A program made the translations under genes and the position numbers. Of a DNA stretch of 48,548 bases, positions 46,367-48,548 are shown piece after piece. The notes beneath the pieces are model-generated. The model saw only the letters and a list, made by a program, of their open reading frames with translations, ran no database searches and was not told where the DNA came from. The stretch's first letter is position 1; the number at the start of each line of letters is the position of its first letter. This stretch comes from a virus (taxonomy: Duplodnaviria; Caudoviricetes). The stretch covers positions 1 to 48,548 of IMG/VR virus record IMGVR_UViG_3300027780_000023, one strand, 5' to 3'.

Positions 46367-47328
46367 ATGTCTTCAAAGTCTTCTCCTTCGCCTGCTTTCG
46401 AATAATCAGTCGGTCTAGTTGCGAAAAAATCAGTATGAGTGACCCCGCCGGTAAGATGATAGAACCAATCAAGATTAGCTGCTGCTTTAGTGTCATACGC
46501 AAAATACGATCCCAGGTCAACATAACCGAGTTCCACAAGTTTTTCATTAGTTCTCTTTTTTATAAATTGCTTTAAATCATTAGCTTTGATACCTTCAATA
46601 TCACCCATCTCAAACATTTTGTCAATATACTTTTCTTCAAGTTCAACCATTGTTTCAGCTGCTTTGATTATATCTTCTCTACATTGAGACAATAGAGTTT
46701 TATCTTCTTCACACATGTGTCTAAATAATTGACAACCCATTTTACTGTGAAGAGACTCATCTCTTACTGACCATTTCATTTGTTGCCCTATACCTTTAAG
46801 TAAATTACGTAACTGAAAAGAATAAAGTACAGCGAAAGCAGAATATAAACTAACACCTTCTGCGAACGCGCTAAATACCGCCAAAGACTTCGCAATGCCA
46901 ATAGTAGACTTACCATTGTAAGCAACCAAATTATCAAACCGCTGAGCAGTAGCGGGTTCATGTAAAAAAGCTTCATAATCTTCTAGTTTTAAAGTTTCGT
47001 TTAAATAGCTGTACGCTACAGCGTGTATTGTTTCTTGTGATCCAAACATCATGGCCATTTGCTGTATCTCATGTTTAGGAAACCAGCCAACAACTTTTTG
47101 TGTCCAGTAATCACTTACTGCGCACTCTGTTTGTGCAAAACCTAGTAATATATTACCTACTAAGTTTTTTTCTTTTTCATTTAACTCTTCATTCCAGTTT
47201 TTAATATCACTTTGCATTGATATTTCTGTGTGCAACCAAAATGCCTGTGCTTGTTTTAACCAACCTTCTGTGTAGTATTCAGGGTACTCAAACGGTTTGT
47301 ACGCTATGCGCTCATCAAATAATCCCAT
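46360..47328 (-). CDS. nrdB: Class I ribonucleotide reductase beta subunit
   Basis: FWLHTEI, QETIHAVAY, AEGVSLYSAF, DESLH, TDFFATRPTDY. Confidence 0.95.
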   Translation of the reverse strand: MGLFDERIAYKPFEYPEYYTEGWLKQAQAFWLHTEISMQSDIKNWNEELNEKEKNLVGNILLGFAQTECAVSDYWTQKVVGWFPKHEIQQMAMMFGSQETIHAVAYSYLNETLKLEDYEAFLHEPATAQRFDNLVAYNGKSTIGIAKSLAVFSAFAEGVSLYSAFAVLYSFQLRNLLKGIGQQMKWSVRDESLHSKMGCQLFRHMCEEDKTLLSQCREDIIKAAETMVELEEKYIDKMFEMGDIEGIKANDLKQFIKKRTNEKLVELGYVDLGSYFAYDTKAAANLDWFYHLTGGVTHTDFFATRPTDYSKAGEGEDFEDIW

Positions 47329-47474
47329 TACTTATAAATTTCTAATGCTATATCAATAAAAGGCAGGTAAAAAACATGCGTCACTTGTTCTAATTCATCA
47401 TAGGTTCTAGCACCTAGTAATATACCTGGATAAGTACCTACGCTAAGGCTCCAGTTTTTAGTTTTCTCCTCCAT
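47328..47474 (-). CDS. Small hypothetical protein (48 aa), absent from the ORF track
   Basis: MEEKTKNWSLSVGTYPGILLGARTYDELEQVTHVFYLPFIDIALEIYK; its stop overlaps the nrdB ATG. Confidence 0.7.
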   Translation of the reverse strand: MEEKTKNWSLSVGTYPGILLGARTYDELEQVTHVFYLPFIDIALEIYK

Positions 47475-47640
47475 ATATTTTTATTTTATATTTATTTTGC
47501 TGTTCTACTAATTCTTTATATTTAATTTTACCTCGTATATCCCAACTCCACTTGCACCATTTATCAATTTGACGCTCACCGTACATCTGCCTAGCTACTC
47601 TTTTAGCTTGGCCAGGATTAACCTTACTGTCTCGTCGCAT
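47458..47640 (-). CDS. Small basic hypothetical protein
   Basis: 60 aa bridging neighbours with overlaps. Confidence 0.55.
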   Translation of the reverse strand: MRRDSKVNPGQAKRVARQMYGERQIDKWCKWSWDIRGKIKYKELVEQQNKYKIKIYGGEN

Positions 47641-48047
47641 TCTTTATGATTTTGTGGTTTATATAATGTAAGTGGTCCTAATCGTCTTTCTGTTATAAGC
47701 TTTTTAAACAACTTCCATCTAAGAGGAAATGATTCATTAGCTCTACCTTTAGTTTCAATTATAAAACCCTTACCTACAAAGTCTGGTGTATATTTTATAT
47801 TAAGTATTTTTTTATTGCCTCTGTTTTTGTATTCTCCTTTACCGTTACCACATCTTTCGTATGATTCAAAAGGAAATTCAAAAGCTTCTGACAACTCAAA
47901 AGTTTGACCTTCATATAAAGACGTTATCTTAGCTTTTCTCAAAGCCATATACATATAACGCTCAAGCCCAGAGGCGAAGTTGATACCATCATATGATATC
48001 TTCTTCGACTGTACAGGACCTTTTTTTCTTTTAAATGTTTTCTTCAT
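47595..48047 (-). CDS. PD-(D/E)XK endonuclease, T7 endonuclease I-like
   Basis: FASGLE...YTPDF...IIETKG. Confidence 0.8.
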   Translation of the reverse strand: MKKTFKRKKGPVQSKKISYDGINFASGLERYMYMALRKAKITSLYEGQTFELSEAFEFPFESYERCGNGKGEYKNRGNKKILNIKYTPDFVGKGFIIETKGRANESFPLRWKLFKKLITERRLGPLTLYKPQNHKECDETVRLILAKLKE

Positions 48048-48294
48048 AAACTTCTGTTCTTTTTAACATAACCTCTTCAACTTCGTCAGTTAAACAACGT
48101 CTAGCTGCTTCTATATATAACAAAGCATCCATTAACTCTTCTTGTACATCAACTAAGAAACGATCAAGGTCTTTTTCTTGGCCTTCAATTTCTTGCATCA
48201 TAGTTGCTCCGTACTTTTTCTGACCTACTAAGCTACGCTCGTCCATCTTTCTTAGAACTTGCTGAACTATTTTATCTTCTGTTTTTATTTTCAT
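48031..48294 (-). CDS. All-alpha NTP pyrophosphatase-like small protein
   Basis: RSLVGQKKYG...QEELMDALLY. Confidence 0.55.
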   Translation of the reverse strand: MKIKTEDKIVQQVLRKMDERSLVGQKKYGATMMQEIEGQEKDLDRFLVDVQEELMDALLYIEAARRCLTDEVEEVMLKRTEVYEENI

Positions 48295-48548
48295 TATTTA
48301 TCTTTTACAAACGTTCCATTAATCATTTTACCTGTTCTAGCTGCGATAACACTGTAGGCTTCATCAATACAATATTCTATTGAATAACCTTGTAAATGAG
48401 CTAGGTTTGTTAATACAACAACCATATCTCCTATAGCGTCTACAATCTCTGGTTTGTCATCTGTTAGTAAAGCTTTAGCTAGTTCTCCAGCTTCTTCTTG
48501 TAACTTAACATATTGTGTATGTGAATTACCTGAGTCATATAAGCCTCT
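48294..48548 (-). CDS. mazG: MazG-like nucleotide pyrophosphohydrolase, 5'-partial
   Basis: ...KLQEEAGELAKA...IVDAIGDMVVVL...CIDEAYSVIAARTGKMINGTFVKDK*; runs off the window end. Confidence 0.85.
   Translation of the reverse strand, partial: RGLYDSGNSHTQYVKLQEEAGELAKALLTDDKPEIVDAIGDMVVVLTNLAHLQGYSIEYCIDEAYSVIAARTGKMINGTFVKDK

Noticed and set aside
44050-46976. Alternative-frame ORFs inside nrdA and nrdB
   Set aside because: They overlap intact conserved enzymes, with no sign of introns or inteins
1-48548. CRISPR array, tRNA, integrase/transposase, reverse transcriptase (DGR) or stop-codon reassignment
   Set aside because: No repeat-spacer pattern, cloverleaf or relevant enzyme motifs were seen by eye. 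Genes are long and tightly packed under the standard code.

Overview
About 48.5 kb of an AT-rich tailed dsDNA phage genome, probably a podovirus with crAss-like/Cellulophaga-phage-like virion genes. A Bacteroidota (Flavobacteriia-type) host is inferred from the A-rich leaders that lack Shine-Dalgarno sites. The + strand (1-43661) carries the late/structural block: tail fibre with S74 chaperone, groEL-groES, a cluster of small ORFs, a zincin protease, a holin, a second GroES-like gene, terminase, portal, scaffold-like protein, major capsid, tail/ring and muzzle proteins, ejected proteins including a 2944-aa polyvalent protein, and a holin/amidase. It converges at a bidirectional terminator with a - strand block (nrdA, nrdB, endonuclease I-like, MazG-like). 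The most unusual signal is a family of at least 8 small, mostly unrelated late proteins in two clusters that share about 20 copies of an S-P-[FLAVY]-x-[Q/K/M] motif. The motif sits at N-termini and at module boundaries, next to a stand-alone HEXXH metalloprotease. This is a candidate signal-plus-protease system for packaging and processing modular virion cargo. Also noted: a -1 frameshift in one family member, two small H-type pseudoknot leaders, a recurrent promoter-like motif, and TonB-box-like motifs in the giant protein. All family assignments are from motif recognition by eye; no searches were run.
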